Notes: generated by a model not told the origin, from the letters alone. A DNA stretch of 64,000 nucleotides from Phoronis australis (GCA_002633005.1 NMRA01000270.1:394345-458344), one strand, 5' to 3'. Positions 15,101 to 28,981 are shown, numbered from the stretch's first letter. Numbers and translations are program-made.

Positions 15101-15867
15101 AAAGAAGGGAATAAAAAACAAGCCATATTCAGCTTTAATACAAGGGAATGAGTTGACACGACGCGAGTTGATCCATGTCACCTTTTAAACATGACTCTGT
15201 TGGAAAACACGACAACGCGGAAGTTGTTTGTGCGTGATCAGCTTTACAAAATAAGAAAGTAAACAAAATTTCAAATTCAAAAAAAATTCTTTGGGATTGA
15301 GCAAATCAGCAAGGTGCTTACACTTATTGGCACCCAATTTGTCAAGTCCGGGATGATTGCAATGGTAATATAGGTAAGCGCAAATGAAAGCATTGGTTGC
15401 GCCTTTATACTGTTTTGCGTTTGGACATATACTTGACGCGGAACAAGATGACAAAACTTGCTCTACCTCATTGCAAAGAGTCTTACACAAACATTTTTTT
15501 CAAACGAGTATTGTAGGTAATCACTGGACTTGTGACTTTCAACCTCAGTTTACCCTCTCCCTCCTAACAATATCAGTAAATTCTTGTAGACTGAGTATAA
15601 AATCAACAACTACTCTGTTCACAACCTGAAAATGCTAGTATTTTTGCTAGTAGTAGCATAAACACTATACTCCTCCCAATTCTACAAAAGCACCACAAAA
15701 ACCTCCCATTTCGTTCTAACTCGTTGCATCAGCAGTTTTTAAATCCAGACTAAAGCCAGATAACAATCAGACCATTGCTGAGGTCTTTTGTCCAACATCA
15801 CAGCTCACAAGTCAATTGTTCAATAGGCTTCAAAGTGTTACAAAAACCAAATGTAACTTTTTTCATC

Positions 15868-15984
15868 AACAGGTACCAGAGAACCAAACAGGTACCAGAG
15901 AACCAAACAGGTACCAGAGAACCAAACAAGTACCAGAGAACCAAACACGTACCAGAGAACCAAACAGGTACCAGAGAACCGAAC
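15868..15984. repeat. 19-bp minisatellite, about 6 copies
   Basis: caggtaccagagaaccaaa tandem units with no spacers. Confidence 0.95.
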
Positions 15985-18900
15985 GGCCTTATATCAGGCT
16001 TCCTGACACAGGGTTCTTGAGGACAGCAGTTCTTGTACAAATCTACAAGGTGCCATGAAACGATCACAGTTTCTAATGATAGAACTGTAAAAAGACACGT
16101 AACAATTGCGCCTCGTTGATTAACAAAATGAATTTTCTGATAGACTGGAAAACAACTTTCTGACATTCCGATTGGATAGATGTTGAGAAGTACAGAAGTA
16201 TACAGGTATATCTATGGTTTTCAGATATGCCTTTAAGGCTCGTGGCTACTAGAACAACAAGAGACTAAACTGATGTGTTCCACACAAGTCCATTTGGTGT
16301 TACTTGCCCAAGATCACACCACCTAGAATAAAATGATTCCTGCTAAATCCTGGACAAAATGTTTACAATAAACGACCAAACGAGACAAGAACACTGATGC
16401 CCACACACAGATTTCTGCGTATTGTTCATCATCTTCTCCAGAGATGGCGCTGAGAAAGAAATTGCAAAATTTGGCAATTATTTTTTCCGATATTGGTTCC
16501 GATGGTGTGGAAACTATGGAAAATTCAAAGTTATTTAGCCAAATTTCAAACAAAGATTAAGAAAATTTTAGACTATTATTATCCTGGCTTGTACCGTGTA
16601 CTATTATTATAAAACACCCTTTGGACAAAGTTTTCATTTTTACAGCCAGACAATCAGACTTTGAAAAAACAAATTGATAATTTTGTTATTTTTGGGCAAA
16701 ATACGAGAATTACTGCAACTGCTGGCGAAAATTACCATCAAAGCATTGGTAGCAATTTATCTCCCTTAGAATTAGACGAAGGCGAACTGACTCCGAGGCT
16801 GTGTTTGATATATTATTCAGTTTTTTAGTGCAATCCAATAATTGGACCAGAGAAAGTTCAGAAATCAAAAGACGCATGCTCTGCACATGCCAATGCCCGG
16901 GAAATTAGCTCAATTAAGGGAAATGATTGACCAACTTTGGGATTGCTAATAAGACGGGGTCAGATAAATTTTTAGTACCATCTCATTTATCAAATACCAG
17001 ACAACTGTGACTGCGATGGTCAGGAAGTGAATTGTAAAAATGCCGTAAGTACAACAGACAGGGGATTATCAACAGGACTCCACGTTTTTTCAACTGGGAA
17101 TTATATAGATTCATCATCCAGAACAGCCAGTATACCAGTAGCGACACCTAATGGCAGAAAAAAACTCCCAGCTCAGTCAATAGCCAAACAAAAGTCAAAA
17201 GAAACTTTACAAATGTAAAACAAGTTGACGACCAGTTGAAAAGTCGCCAGTGTTTCACTCACGCCACCTCAGGTTCCAGTTTGAACACATCCTGGCAGCA
17301 CATGGTATAGAGTATTTACGCAACATTTAAGTTCACAAAACACAATTTAGCAGCTACCTGTTACCATCAGAGGAAAAATCTACCAATACATTAGAGGGGT
17401 TTTCACAGGTATCAAAAGGCTTATCAACAAGCTTGTACAAGCTCACAATTCTAAAACACAATTCAGTAAAGGTGACTGACCCCCAGTGGTCAATACTGTA
17501 GTACTACTTTCTAGTTAGTGTCTTAAAGAGCGACATTCACTACGCGTGTAAATATATGGCCGGCAGTTATTAACTTCATCTCTTCTTAACAACCACCTTT
17601 TCTGGTTCTCATTAACGATCAATATCGTGGGCCTGAGTCAATGAACGATGAACAGTTCATTCACAATCATGTTCACAACCAATCTGTCACAATAATAACA
17701 TTGACAAAATGAAGTAATCCATACAAAAGAGACCCATTGATACACATTCTAAGAAAAAATACATGACATTAGTCAAAAAATAATCATTTTTTACAAAATA
17801 CCTAATAACTTGCTATAGTGTATAAGTTTGGTATCAGATGAATTAAACTACTGAAAGCATTCAGTGAACGCCCCTACTGACATAAGCACCCATCCCTACT
17901 TTTTAAAATTTCAGATCAAGCACTCACTGGTCAGCAAAGCACCCACATGTATTACGCTCACCAGAATTGATTTTCAAAATGGTAAAACATGCTTTCAACC
18001 GTAGAAACTGACCAGTGTAGGTGTAGCCAGGTGTTACAGTCATTGAACGGACATTTTTTTTCTCTTACTGTCTTGTGCAGTGCATAAAAAACAGCCACAA
18101 ATACCAACACTATAGTCAGCTACAACCTCTCATAATTATTTTTCCAAAAAAGAACTATTATTTTTCCATGGCTTTAAGAGCCCAGCTTCGTTTACCTCCG
18201 AAGCCAAAGTGACAGGCATGTCAGTGTTGGTAACATTGGAAGGTTGAACACAATGCAGCCCCATAAAAATTTGCAAAAAGCAAGACACCTATGTCAGATA
18301 ACATAAGCAACTCCGATAGCACGAAAATCAGGCTTTACAAGTGCTCGATGGATAGTGCAGCATTGTGAGTTCTCAAGTGCCGTGTACATTCAGGATAGGA
18401 GTTTTACGATTTTTTTTGAAGCTAAGAAGGAGCATAAAACAAAAACGACATCAGACAAAATCTAGTCATGACGTCGATACTTCTGCTTTGCTACCAACAT
18501 ACCTTCTTGCTGCTGAATGTACCTATTAGGACATTGTGACATGATCAAACTAGAGTAAAAATTCTTCATTTTGGGACAAAAGTGATTGCTAGTTTTCAAT
18601 TTTAAGAGGCTCGCCATATTGTTGCAAATGCTCAAAATTTTACCAAAGGTAGTTTGGTAATAACTACACCAAACAAACCGTGCTTAAACCAAAGTAGACT
18701 TTCTTGAGAAGTTATTTTTGTTGGCAAACTTAAAAAAATCAAATTTCGCATGTCCACCATATTGTATCCCGAAAAGAAGAATTTTTAATCTGTAGGTTTG
18801 ACTTTCAGAAAACGCATGCTTTTTCTGCATTAAAACCTACAGTCTTCTCCACAATTGGCTAAGTACAGACTGGTGGATAAGGTCCTAAATAAAATTCATA

Positions 18901-19332
18901 AAATAAAAATCCCAGTCCACCAAAGCCCTAACATAAGACTAGACACACACACAGTGTCTGTGCTCATGGAGATGATCCTTCCAATATATTCCTGACACTT
19001 CAGGCCAGTTATTCTTGGCTCCACTTTGGCCTACTTACAAGGACAACATGTGTTCTGGGTTGAGTTTAGCATGACCTTCCACAGTCATCAGGCCATAACT
19101 GATGGTGAAAGTGGAAAGACTTCTTTGAGCACTGCAAAGCTTTAAATAAAAGCTGGCTCTTTAATACTACAGGAGTCTAACTCTGTAATATATTGTCAGG
19201 ACTAAATGAGTGAAAGAACAGCAATCAACGATTTTCTTTACTTTTGTAATTTCGACTTTATAAATCACTGTACTCCAACAAATGTTGACCTACAAAGGCC
19301 TACAACACAATTGGTATCAGAGCTTAGGTTAA

Positions 19333-19642
19333 GGTAAAAATGCTCCAGTTTGGGACAGACTCCAGAATTTGGGACAGGCTCTAGAATTTGGGACACAGAA
19401 ATTCCAGCAAAAATTGGATTTTCATCCTTTTCTAATTTTGTACAATTGTGATTTTACCATTCACCATATTTCTCAAATTTCAGACAATGAGTTTTCAATT
19501 TATGAAGTGGTTAATTTTGCCCTCTGTTCGGTGATTCTTGAATTTGGGACAGCCAAAACTGCGTATTTCTAAAATTTGAGACAGGCTCTGACCTTGAGTT
19601 AATGGATTAATTTTTCACTGTCCTAAATTGAAGAATTTTCGC
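19333..19642. mobile_element. Degenerate MITE-like element
   Basis: Multiple (aa)tttgggacag motifs and an inverted copy ctgtcctaaatt at the right end. Confidence 0.4.
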
Positions 19643-20254
19643 AATAAAAATTTCAGTCATAACACAAGAGATAGAAGTGTGTAATACATGATGGGTGTGT
19701 ACTGGAACAAAATGGCATCCTACACTAACCACAAAAATCTTGGCACACAAATCATTTTGCCACAAACAACACCTTTCAAAATATTGCCCTTAGCTTATTA
19801 AACTATCAAAGTGACAAACATGTTTTTAAGCTTCCAACACAACAGTGATTTTAGCAGCACTTTTCTCTAAAGGATTTAGCATAATTTAAACAATTCTGCA
19901 ACACATTGACTTAAAACTGATATTGAAATTATTATTAAAATAACAGATAATAAACAACAAACAATTTGGGAAATTCTAGCTCTTACTTTGATCTACTGAA
20001 ATTTTCATTCAAGTGCATGATAAACAGTTTAGATTACAGCTTATTCATGTGATACACCACTAATGCGCTACAAATACATTACGGCTGACATCATTTCCTA
20101 ATTTGGAAACTGACAACCAACACGTGCTTTCCGAGAAAAAAATGGAGGATCAATGAGTCTGTATTATTGCATAGCAGTGGGTATTTAATAAGAAGGGATA
20201 GTAATGACGCTTAATTACAACTGCATAGAGTACAACAGGTTACACTGTTACAAC

Positions 20255-20693
20255 GGAACTTTCCATAGATAAGCCCACCTGATGAAGCACTCATGGGCAT
20301 TTATTCGGAAAATTATGCCTAATAAACGTCCATGGGCGTTTATTTGGCGTTACAACTTCTGGTGTCACGTGTCCAGATAATGAGGGGGTTTATTCGGAAA
20401 ATTTCCGCTTAAAAGCTCACTCAGTGTCAACATTATGTCTCAAATTCAGTTTTGCAGAAAATTTATCATTTATAAAAATGAACAAGGCTTTAGCGAACTA
20501 TGCATTTGTTAACATAAATTTAAAAACACACTTTTAAGTAAAATTGTCAAAGTCAGCAAAACTATGACTTTCCGTTTACAAGTTCCCCTTTTTCAAATAA
20601 ATGCCCAAGTGTTTATTTGGTGTTACTAAAACACTTAAAAATTTTCGTTTTCCAAATACACGCCCATGGGCGTGGGTTTTTCTAAAGAAATTC
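20255..20693. mobile_element. Degenerate MITE-like element with internal gggcgtttatt repeats
   Basis: Repeated gggc(g/a)tttatt(c/t)gg and inverted aataaa(c/t)g(c/t)cc motifs. Confidence 0.35.
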
Positions 20694-22240
20694 CTTATTC
20701 CAGGTACTTATAGGCACCTAAAGATGTGTAACCAAAACTAAATACACTAATAAAAGAAAATTGAAAGACCTATGAAAGACAAAAAGTATTCTAAAGCAAT
20801 ATACCGACATCAAGAAATAAAGACCATGTGATTTACGAATCTGTTGTATCTTCACAAACACCACACAGATATGACCATGACTAATACAATCAACAGGTCT
20901 TGAAGACTTCCATGTGGCAATATTGCAGACGACAGTATTTCAAATGGGCAAAAAAACAGCAGAAATATAAAACTCGAGATGGTATTTTACAATGTTGTAC
21001 AAATAATTTTCACCCATAGTCGTTCTTAAACAAAATCAACAACCCCTGGCACAGCTTAGAACGAAGCCTCAATATTACTTGTGATGTGGCATCTGCAGTG
21101 CTCAGTGGTAGGAGGGAGTGATCGGGAGGAAGACAACTGTGTAACAGAATTCGATTGAAAACAAAAGTTTAAACGCAGTATTTTTGTAAATACATTGAGC
21201 ATTTTGACGCATCATTCGTATAAAATTAACATTTACTGATAAGTTGATAAAATGTAAAGTGAAGCAACAGAGCAGTAAACTATCAGATACCTGCTTACGT
21301 CGTGAAATCAATGCACTCGAGATGCGAGGTCGAAGAATAAATCGACGACGGCTGGTCAGTTCCTGTTCTTCTCGATTCGCCAAGCCACCCAACTAACTTT
21401 TGGTCCCCAGATACGTCAGAACAAAACTTGATTAACAGTCACCTGGGTATTACTTTTCACAGAAATTACTTCGAGCATTTCATTTCTCAAGCGTAATTAA
21501 GCAGCGAATACCATTTTGAAATCGATTCAGTGACACATATTATTCCATAGTTAGAGATGAATCATCTGTAGCCAATCAGGGAGCTTGAGAAAGTTTGGCT
21601 CCGTCGACTAATTAAAATGAAATTTTCAACAGAACCGTTTTCCTGAGGACATTGTTCCGAGGTATCGAAAAACATGCGACTGTCTTACGTTCTACGGTGC
21701 ATGGAAAGAATAACCACCCTTTCACTTTTGTTTGTTGATTGTTATTAAAAATTTATGATTGACATGAGGGGTATTTGGCATAGCAATGGAGGGGTTTATG
21801 AAAGGTGTGTTTCCGACATCATCAGTGTTTTTACAGTCTGACCGCACATTTAGCCACGATAAAGTGCAACGTTCATGTGAAGAAAACCTTAAGGTCATAA
21901 GCAACATACGCAGTGATAGGTACGATGGTACGGCACTTGGGTTTTGGTTCCTTTACAATGTGTTTCAATTTCGTGCCCCATATCTGGACCTCAATCAACA
22001 CGTGTCACGTGACAAGTTGGTTTTGCACTTATTTGTTTTTGCACTTATTTTCTGCTTTTTCCCGAGCTTGCACTGATGCCATGAAACTTGTGAAAACTTT
22101 TTTGAATTTGCTATTGAAGCATGTAATCACATTTTTTCACTAGCGCTAGGTTAGGTTAGGTCAAGGGAATGTAGACCGTCCGTGACCAGCCATTCAGGAA
22201 GTTTTGTAAGAGTTTGTTCTCCGGACCAAACCGGGCGTGC

Positions 22241-22366
22241 GTTCAGTAGACGCTAGGACCTAGCTAAAACCTAGTCAAAGTCACGTGTTCTCATTTAAAA
22301 TGCACGGCAATATCTCACGTAATCTCGCGAAGTCTTGTTTTTTGCGTGGTCCTAGCGTTACTGAAC
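22241..22366. repeat. Short inverted-repeat element (mini-MITE)
   Basis: gttcagtagacgctaggacc ... ggtcctagcgttactgaac imperfect inverted repeat. Confidence 0.55.
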
Positions 22367-22539
22367 TGGAGGCTGCCCTTTGTCCGGCTCTGCTAATGCT
22401 ATGGTCTGGTGGTTCTCATGGGTAAGTCTCCTACTGGTAGTTATCGCTGCGAGGCCTAACAAGTTAAGATTTACCTGCAGTCCATAAACTTTTTCCCATT
22501 TTGATATTCTCTCGCTATTCTTTACTTTGTCTTTGGTGC

Positions 22540-23902
22540 CAGGGCTCGACATAACGAGCTGCTCGCATTTGCGACCTGAAATTTGGAAATGCGAGCTGAG
22601 ATTTTGGCCAGCTCGCATTAAGTCGCAAAATGCGACCTGGAATTTCCAACCTATGCGAGCTGAGTTTTTAAACTTCGCGGCAGATACCTGGGAAATGTTG
22701 AGCAACTCGGGTGATTCCGACCGTTATTTGATTGTTGCCAAATCAAGTTCAAAAGAACATTCATTGAGAAAAGCGCTCCCGATGACTTGTAAACATGTCG
22801 TATGAACAAGGGAATGCAGAATTGGTCTTAGACGCATTTTATTGACCAATACTTTCGGCTTTTTGCTAATTTCCGGAGGTGCCGAAGAAAGTTTCAGACC
22901 TCGGAATAACATGTGATAGTACGTCAGAAAGCAGCGGTGTTTCTACTAATTCTTAAACAACGAAATTACCAAACTTAGTGGTGGAAAAACATTTATTTTA
23001 CATGTAAGGTGTCCTTAATATCAAATTACGGCAACACCCACGGCAATATGCCTGATTGCACTGCGGCACTGGTCGGTTCCACTGTTAGCGCCGGAAAGCG
23101 GTCCCGGCAGACGATCGTCGTGACTTGGAAAAATGCGTCTCGTTTTTTTACGACGGGCATGCCTTTACGCGCTTTCGGCAGAATAGTAGAAACCCGCACC
23201 GTCGGAAATCATTTCGAGGCTTTTTATTTCATGGAAAACCAATTGGCTACGTACCGATAAACAGCATAAGTCCCACATTTTTTGTTGTGAAATTTGCACT
23301 GAATTGTTTCCGCGTATCAATAAGTCATTCAGCGAGTATGGCAACGTTTCACGAATTTCTTCCGACAGGATGTTTTTTCAAACGCCAAGTTGAAAAATTT
23401 GGCCTGCGAACAAATGGAAGGACTTCGCACTCAGAGTTATCAATCTTTGGATCTTTAACGACTTTGATGACAGTCATATAGCAAGTCCTAGAAAAGTCGC
23501 AGATACTTTTTCAACAAGTATTTTCTACTTTTTCTCGTTGCACACTTAGCTAATCGAATGCATGTGTCGGTTAGAAAGCACTGATTTAACTTTCATGTCG
23601 GCAACTGCCTTGCGCTCCAGGGTCTTTCACTGGTTGGCGCCAGTGAAGAATGGTAACCGGTGCATGCATGATATGCTTGTAAGAACTCAGTTTTGCGACA
23701 TAAAATTTGTGAGTATTTACCGTCGCAAGAGCATAATCTAGGCATTTTCTGATGACTTAAAAGCCAATTTTGGTCCGTAAAAATGGCGGGAAATTTTCGC
23801 GACCTGGAATTTATCAATGCGAGCTGGATTTTGAAAATGTGACCTAGGATTTTGGCTTGGTTGCAAAATGCTACCTGGCGATTTTCATAGCGTCGAGCCC
23901 TG
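22540..23902. mobile_element. Non-autonomous hAT-like element with 5-bp TSD (hAT5-like)
   Basis: 11-bp TIR cagggctcgac; flanking direct repeat ggtgc (22535-22539 / 23903-23907); many subterminal tgcga(c/g)ctg motifs at both ends. Confidence 0.8.
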
Positions 23903-23907
23903 GGTGC

Positions 23908-25017
23908 TTTTTATGCGCCCACATATTTATATGTGGACGCATTATGCCGTCATCTCTGTCCGTCCGTCCGTCCGTCCGGCGTCCGCGGCTCTATCTCCAA
24001 AACCCTTTGACATACGTTCATGAAATTTGGCACATATGTTCCATTCATGAATGGGACGGCATGTGCGAACTTTCGGACGGATCCGACTACCGGTGTGCCC
24101 CCTAGTGGCAATTTTAGTTTTTTACGCTTACCTTTGTATCTTCAAAAGTCCTGAACGGATTTTCATGAAATTTGGTATGTAGGCACCTAGTNNNNNNNNN
24201 NNNNNNNNNNNNNNNNNNNNNNNNNNNNNNNNNNNNNNNNNNNNNNNNNNNNNNNNNNNNNNNNNNNNNNNNNNNNNNNNNNNNNNNNNNNNNNNNNNNN
24301 NNNNNNNNNNNNNNNNNNNNNNNNNNNNNNNNNNNNNNNNNNNNNNNNNNNNNNNNNNNNNNNNNNNNNNNNNNNNNNNNNNNNNNNNNNNNNNNNNNNN
24401 NNNNNNNNNNNNNNNNNNNNNNNNNNNNNNNNNNNNNNNNNNNNNNNNNNNNNNNNNNNNNNNNNNNNNNNNNNNNNNNNNNNNNNNNNNNNNNNNNNNN
24501 NNNNNNNNNNNNNNNNNNNNNNNNNNNNNNNNNNNNNNNNNNNNNNNNNNNNNNNNNNNNNNNNNNNNNNNNNNNNNNNNNNNNNNNNNNNNNNNNNNNN
24601 NNNNNNNNNNNNNNNNNNNNNNNNNNNNNNNNNNNNNNNTAGTATTTTACATTGACCTCTGTATTTTCATAGGTCTTCAGGTGTATACTTTGTGTTACTT
24701 CGTGACTGTGAAGGAAAAGTTCCAAGTAGAAATTTGTTTCTGGCATTCTAATGCTATGCTAATCTCGTATGTTGGTAAATTTGTTTTTAATTCTATGTTT
24801 CTGTGGTGCTTTAAGCAACTGGTGTATAGGATGTGCTTGTATTGTGAAGATTACTCACATTTTGCCCCTAGCCTATTGAGGAGACAAGGACCATGCCTTT
24901 CCATTTTGCAAAGTATGCCCTCTACTGGCCACTTTATGGTACCAATAAACAACCCTAGAAGGATACCGTATGCGGTGCAATTGTGGGCGCATTTCAACGC
25001 TCCGCGTTGCTCTTGTT
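23908..25017 (+). mobile_element. Helentron-associated HINE (DINE-1/pearl-like) non-autonomous element
   Basis: T-run start; subTIR atgcgcccac with adjacent partial IR; (gtcc)n microsatellite; 3' subTIR gtgggcgcat (24983-24992), hairpin caacgc-tcc-gcgttg and cttgtt end; N gap in the core. Confidence 0.85.
24192..24639. other. Assembly gap (others at 28369-28559, 48124-49080 and 60902-61407)
   Basis: Runs of N. Confidence 1.
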
Positions 25018-25239
25018 ATAATATTACCAGGAAAAAGTTGGATATAATGCCATTAAGCTCGGACCCTGATTTAGAGAACCAGGCAATCACTAAATAACGG
25101 CCATGTTATTTAGTAGGTGAAACTAGTTCTCTAAATTATGGTCCATTATATCGGACTTGTGCCCTTTACCGTTGCAAATAAGTCTGATTCAATCCCGTTG
25201 CTGGTGAAATTTACTTGGCTACATGTTAAAAATCACCCT

Positions 25240-25725
25240 TTTTCTTCAATAAGTAAATGTTTTATTTCTCAAAAGAAAGAAAATAACAGCAAATGCTAAC
25301 TAATAACTATCTAGTAATGGAGAAGGTACAACATTCACACACCATTCATATACCTAAGCTGTTACTTCCAAAATTATACATGTGCCAGTAAATATATATC
25401 TAAATATTTACAGAGGGCTTCCCAAAAGGTGAAATTCAGGCATTTTTTAAAACTGATGATCAGCTTTCGTCTAACTTTGATATAATGATACAAGGAATAT
25501 AAAAAAATTTTAAATACAAGCTTGCTGCGGTCCAAAGATGATTGAAATATAAAGTACTGACAAAAAGTTAGCACAGTATTAATCTCTTCAAAATTATGTC
25601 CAAAATACACGTTTAAAATGTCAGTCTTTACTAAATCTATGGTTTTTGTTACATTACTTAACAAAGCTTGAACTTTGGACCATAGGGTCAGTACAAGTGA
25701 ACAATCACGAAACAAATGATCAAAA
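25240..25725 (-). mobile_element. 3' fragment of an L1/Tx1-type LINE ORF2 (zf-RVT C-terminus) plus 3' end
   Basis: Reads TFDHLFRDCSLVLTLWSKV...INTVL..QYFIF; downstream AATAAA and A-rich tail. Confidence 0.6.
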
Positions 25726-25740
25726 GTTTCAACAGCATTA

Positions 25741-26277
25741 CAGAAGTGTGTTCAACATAGTGAGCACCCGCTAGCGTGTACTCGCAAATACAAGGAACAG
25801 CTCCTGAACAGCTGTGAGCACTCACTGTGCAATCCAGTATGGTGACTCTGAAGCAGATTGTGTTGAACGTCTTAGCCAATGAGCTTAACGTCCTTCCTAT
25901 AACGTACTGAGCGATGACTATGATGGATCTTTGCCAATATTAATATCGGCAGCCCAAGACAACAACCGTGAAGTCCTTGGAACGACCCGAATCGAAAATT
26001 ACTTCGAGGAAGCTGTTCCTCGCTACAGCGACCCGCGATTTAAGTCGCACTTTCGGATGAGTCAGTCAACTTTTGATTTTAGTTTTCGTGTTGCAGAACC
26101 ATAATGGGTTCATATGTTGCAGACGTGAAGCTTTCGCTGGACGCCATCTTGGAAATCTAAGCAAACATGCTCTCGAGGTCGTTTGCAAACGCTCATGAGC
26201 GCTAACGTAAACACACCTGTTCAGGACGAGGGCGCTCAAATCGCTTGTGGGTGCTCGCTCTATTGAACACTCTTCTG
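25741..26277 (+). mobile_element. PIF/Harbinger internal-deletion derivative
   Basis: Imperfect TIRs of about 30 bp (cagaagtgtgttcaacatagtgagcaccc / gggtgctcgctctattgaacactcttctg); 25982-26080 encodes TRIENYFEEAVPRYSDPRFKSHFRMSQSTFDF, typical of a HARBI1-like transposase N-terminus. Confidence 0.75.
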
Positions 26278-26879
26278 GACAAGCAACTATCATCTCTTAT
26301 AATCTTCATCTTTTCAAGAGATACTTTGTGTAAACTTTTCTATGCACTTAATAATAGTCGAGTACAAGTATGAATGGCAATGCGTAAATCTTATCAATTT
26401 GTTGTTATGAATAAATTTCACTTAATCTGTGTTCTATGTCAGGTTGCGAATTCGTTTCATATAAAAAGTAATTTTTATTTGATTGTGTGTTAATCTGACT
26501 ACTGAAAGTCGTCCATTGAATTTGTCTTGGAAGTGTTCATTCTATTAGGTAAATTAAGTGCCTTCCTCAAAGCGTATTATTGTATCCAACTAAGTAATTT
26601 GTATCTTTGTTTCATAACTTCCCAAGAGCCATCTTTTTTGTATAGCTAAAGTCACAACATTTTTGTTCTGGTGGCTGAACTTTATCCACTCTGTTATCAA
26701 TATGGACAGTTTCCAGACATATTGCTTATTTATTAGTATCCTTCATTTTATAAATTTTAAAGTAACTCATTTGTGCAGTTGCTATAAACGTTGCAGGATT
26801 ATCGCCTGTATGCCACCGTTATTCACTGGCAATTTTTGTCTAGTCTGGGGTGAGCTTTAGTAGTAGTGAGCTGTTTATT

Positions 26880-26983
26880 GGTAATAGTCTGATATAACGT
26901 GCCTGCATTTTGAGAACCAGTTTTCTCCACTAACACATCAAACTGCTTCTCAAAATACGGGCACGTTATATCAGACTATTGCC
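26880..26983. repeat. Foldback hairpin (44-bp arms); related half-copy at 563-606
   Basis: ggtaatagtctgatataacgtgcctgcattttgagaaccagttt pairs with 26940-26983; similar sequence caatagcgggatattacgtgaccatattttgagaaccagttt at 564. Confidence 0.8.
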
Positions 26984-28154
26984 GTTTTATTGGTAGAGCG
27001 TGTTGTGTCAAGGAAACTGAGTTTTGATGAATACCTCTTAGACTATAAATTTGGTCTCTGCTTTTTCATGACTCAGCTGGAACTGAATGTTATGTGCACG
27101 GTGTCTGTGTATATTTTAAGTATGTTTTTTTAAGTGTGTGTTTGGGAGATGGGCGCATTATGCTGGCCAATTTCACATCACGAACTACGATTAACTATTG
27201 GCATGCAGTCACAGTTTGGACCCTGATCTTGATTCAGTGAAAGGGTCGTAGACTAAACTTTTTTGGTGCAAAGACTTTGGTTTAATGCTGAACATGTTTC
27301 AGCAATGTTATCAACTTCGTGTTCAGGAATTGAAAAACACTTGTGGTTGTAAGTCTCAAATATTAGGACTGTTATGTTGGGAGCTCAGTACTTCACATAG
27401 GCATGCCATGGGCGGCACTGCACTGAAAAAAGTGGGGGGCTGTAGCCCCCCAGCCTCCTATGGTGCGCCGCTCATGCATGCACACCATTGTGAAGAGATA
27501 CAGAAGCATTTTCACCATGAATTCACGTGGATGCAAGGGCCTAAATATGTGCTTTCTACTGTTTGTTTAACAACAGGTTGCGTGCAAGTTTACTATTCCA
27601 ATGTTGTGTAACGTCTGCTGCCGCTGGTGTACCTACGACCTTCATATGCAAGCAGCCATTGTCAACCCTGCCCATCCAAGTGCATGGCATGCCTAGGCCA
27701 GATTCGCATATACTAAAACTTATCAAATTCCTGTAAGTGAAATCAAGCATCTTGTTCATTGTTACATGTTGTGTTTATTGGTCCTGCATTGTTGATGTTC
27801 ACCTGTTGCTATGGTGACTATTTTCTTCCTTACTTATTCTTAGTGGGTCTCCAGTTACTATAGTCATGGGGTCAGTAATCGAATTGGCATTTTGTCTAGG
27901 CAGTCATGGCGTCATCATGTAGGGTGACATGGAAATGTATGCAAAGAACCATAACTAGTATTGTATCCTTATTTTACTGGATTAGGGAACACAGATATCC
28001 CCTAACTACTAAGCCTGGTTCTCACTTTTAAAATTGGTACGAATTGGATTTGATATTGAGTCTTGTATTGGTCAATAGGCGGTGTGTAAAGAAATAGTTT
28101 CACCTTCGCAGTCTACCTTCCATTATTTTAGGTTTAGTACATTTACTTAAATTT

Positions 28155-28364
28155 TTGAATGATGAAAAAGTCTATTCACATGTAAATATTCACCTGCAGA
28201 GCTCCAATCATTGTTATCAGCAGTGCTCTTTCAATGACTTTGCAATAATAGACCAGGCAGTAACAACAAAGGAGCTTAAAATTCGTGAGGCTTTACATAT
28301 CAGTTGGTGCAAGCCCAATCTCAATAGGCAACTGACACACCACAGGTTGTCATTGTTGGTATAG
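28155..28364 (+). mobile_element. Penelope-like element fragment (C-terminus of the GIY-YIG endonuclease)
   Basis: HL...C..F.IIDQA....ELKIREALHI...KPNLNRQL motif; abuts an N gap. Confidence 0.75.
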
Positions 28365-28708
28365 TTCANNNNNNNNNNNNNNNNNNNNNNNNNNNNNNNN
28401 NNNNNNNNNNNNNNNNNNNNNNNNNNNNNNNNNNNNNNNNNNNNNNNNNNNNNNNNNNNNNNNNNNNNNNNNNNNNNNNNNNNNNNNNNNNNNNNNNNNN
28501 NNNNNNNNNNNNNNNNNNNNNNNNNNNNNNNNNNNNNNNNNNNNNNNNNNNNNNNNNNNTACTTCACAAAGCCCAGCCCAGACGATTCGTGATGAGCTGC
28601 GTGGTCAGTCAACGTAGTAGAAATGCTAGCTACCAGTGCAGATGAATAACTCCGAACAAAATGCTCACTGACCTGTCACTTTCTTAGTAAACAGCGTAAA
28701 TATAGTAT

Positions 28709-28981
28709 CAAGGTACCTAAACTACACGGTCAACGGACTCATAAACACGGGTCACGGACTCATCGGCTTCCTGGGTCAGCTGACATCTTCATTTTGTCCG
28801 TGACCCGTGTTTGGCGGTCCGTTAACCGTGTTTCCTCGTGAATGTGAGTCCGTGTCCCGTGTATTTGGGTGCGTGGATCGTGTTTTTGAGTCCGTTCCCG
28901 TGTTTGTGAGTCAGTGGACGGTGTTTGCAGGTCCGTGAGTCGTGTTTATGAGTCCGTTGACCGTGTAGTTAAGGTACCTTG
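28709..28981. mobile_element. Palindromic MITE with internal repeats of about 20 bp
   Basis: TIR of about 40 bp caaggtacctaaactacacggtcaacggactcataaacacg; internal gagtccgtnnnccgtgttt repeats. Confidence 0.85.

Noticed and set aside
15868-15984. Regular short repeat resembling a CRISPR array or repeat-protein ORFs
   Set aside because: Head-to-tail 19-bp units with no unique spacers in a eukaryotic context; the ORFs are by-products of the repeat.
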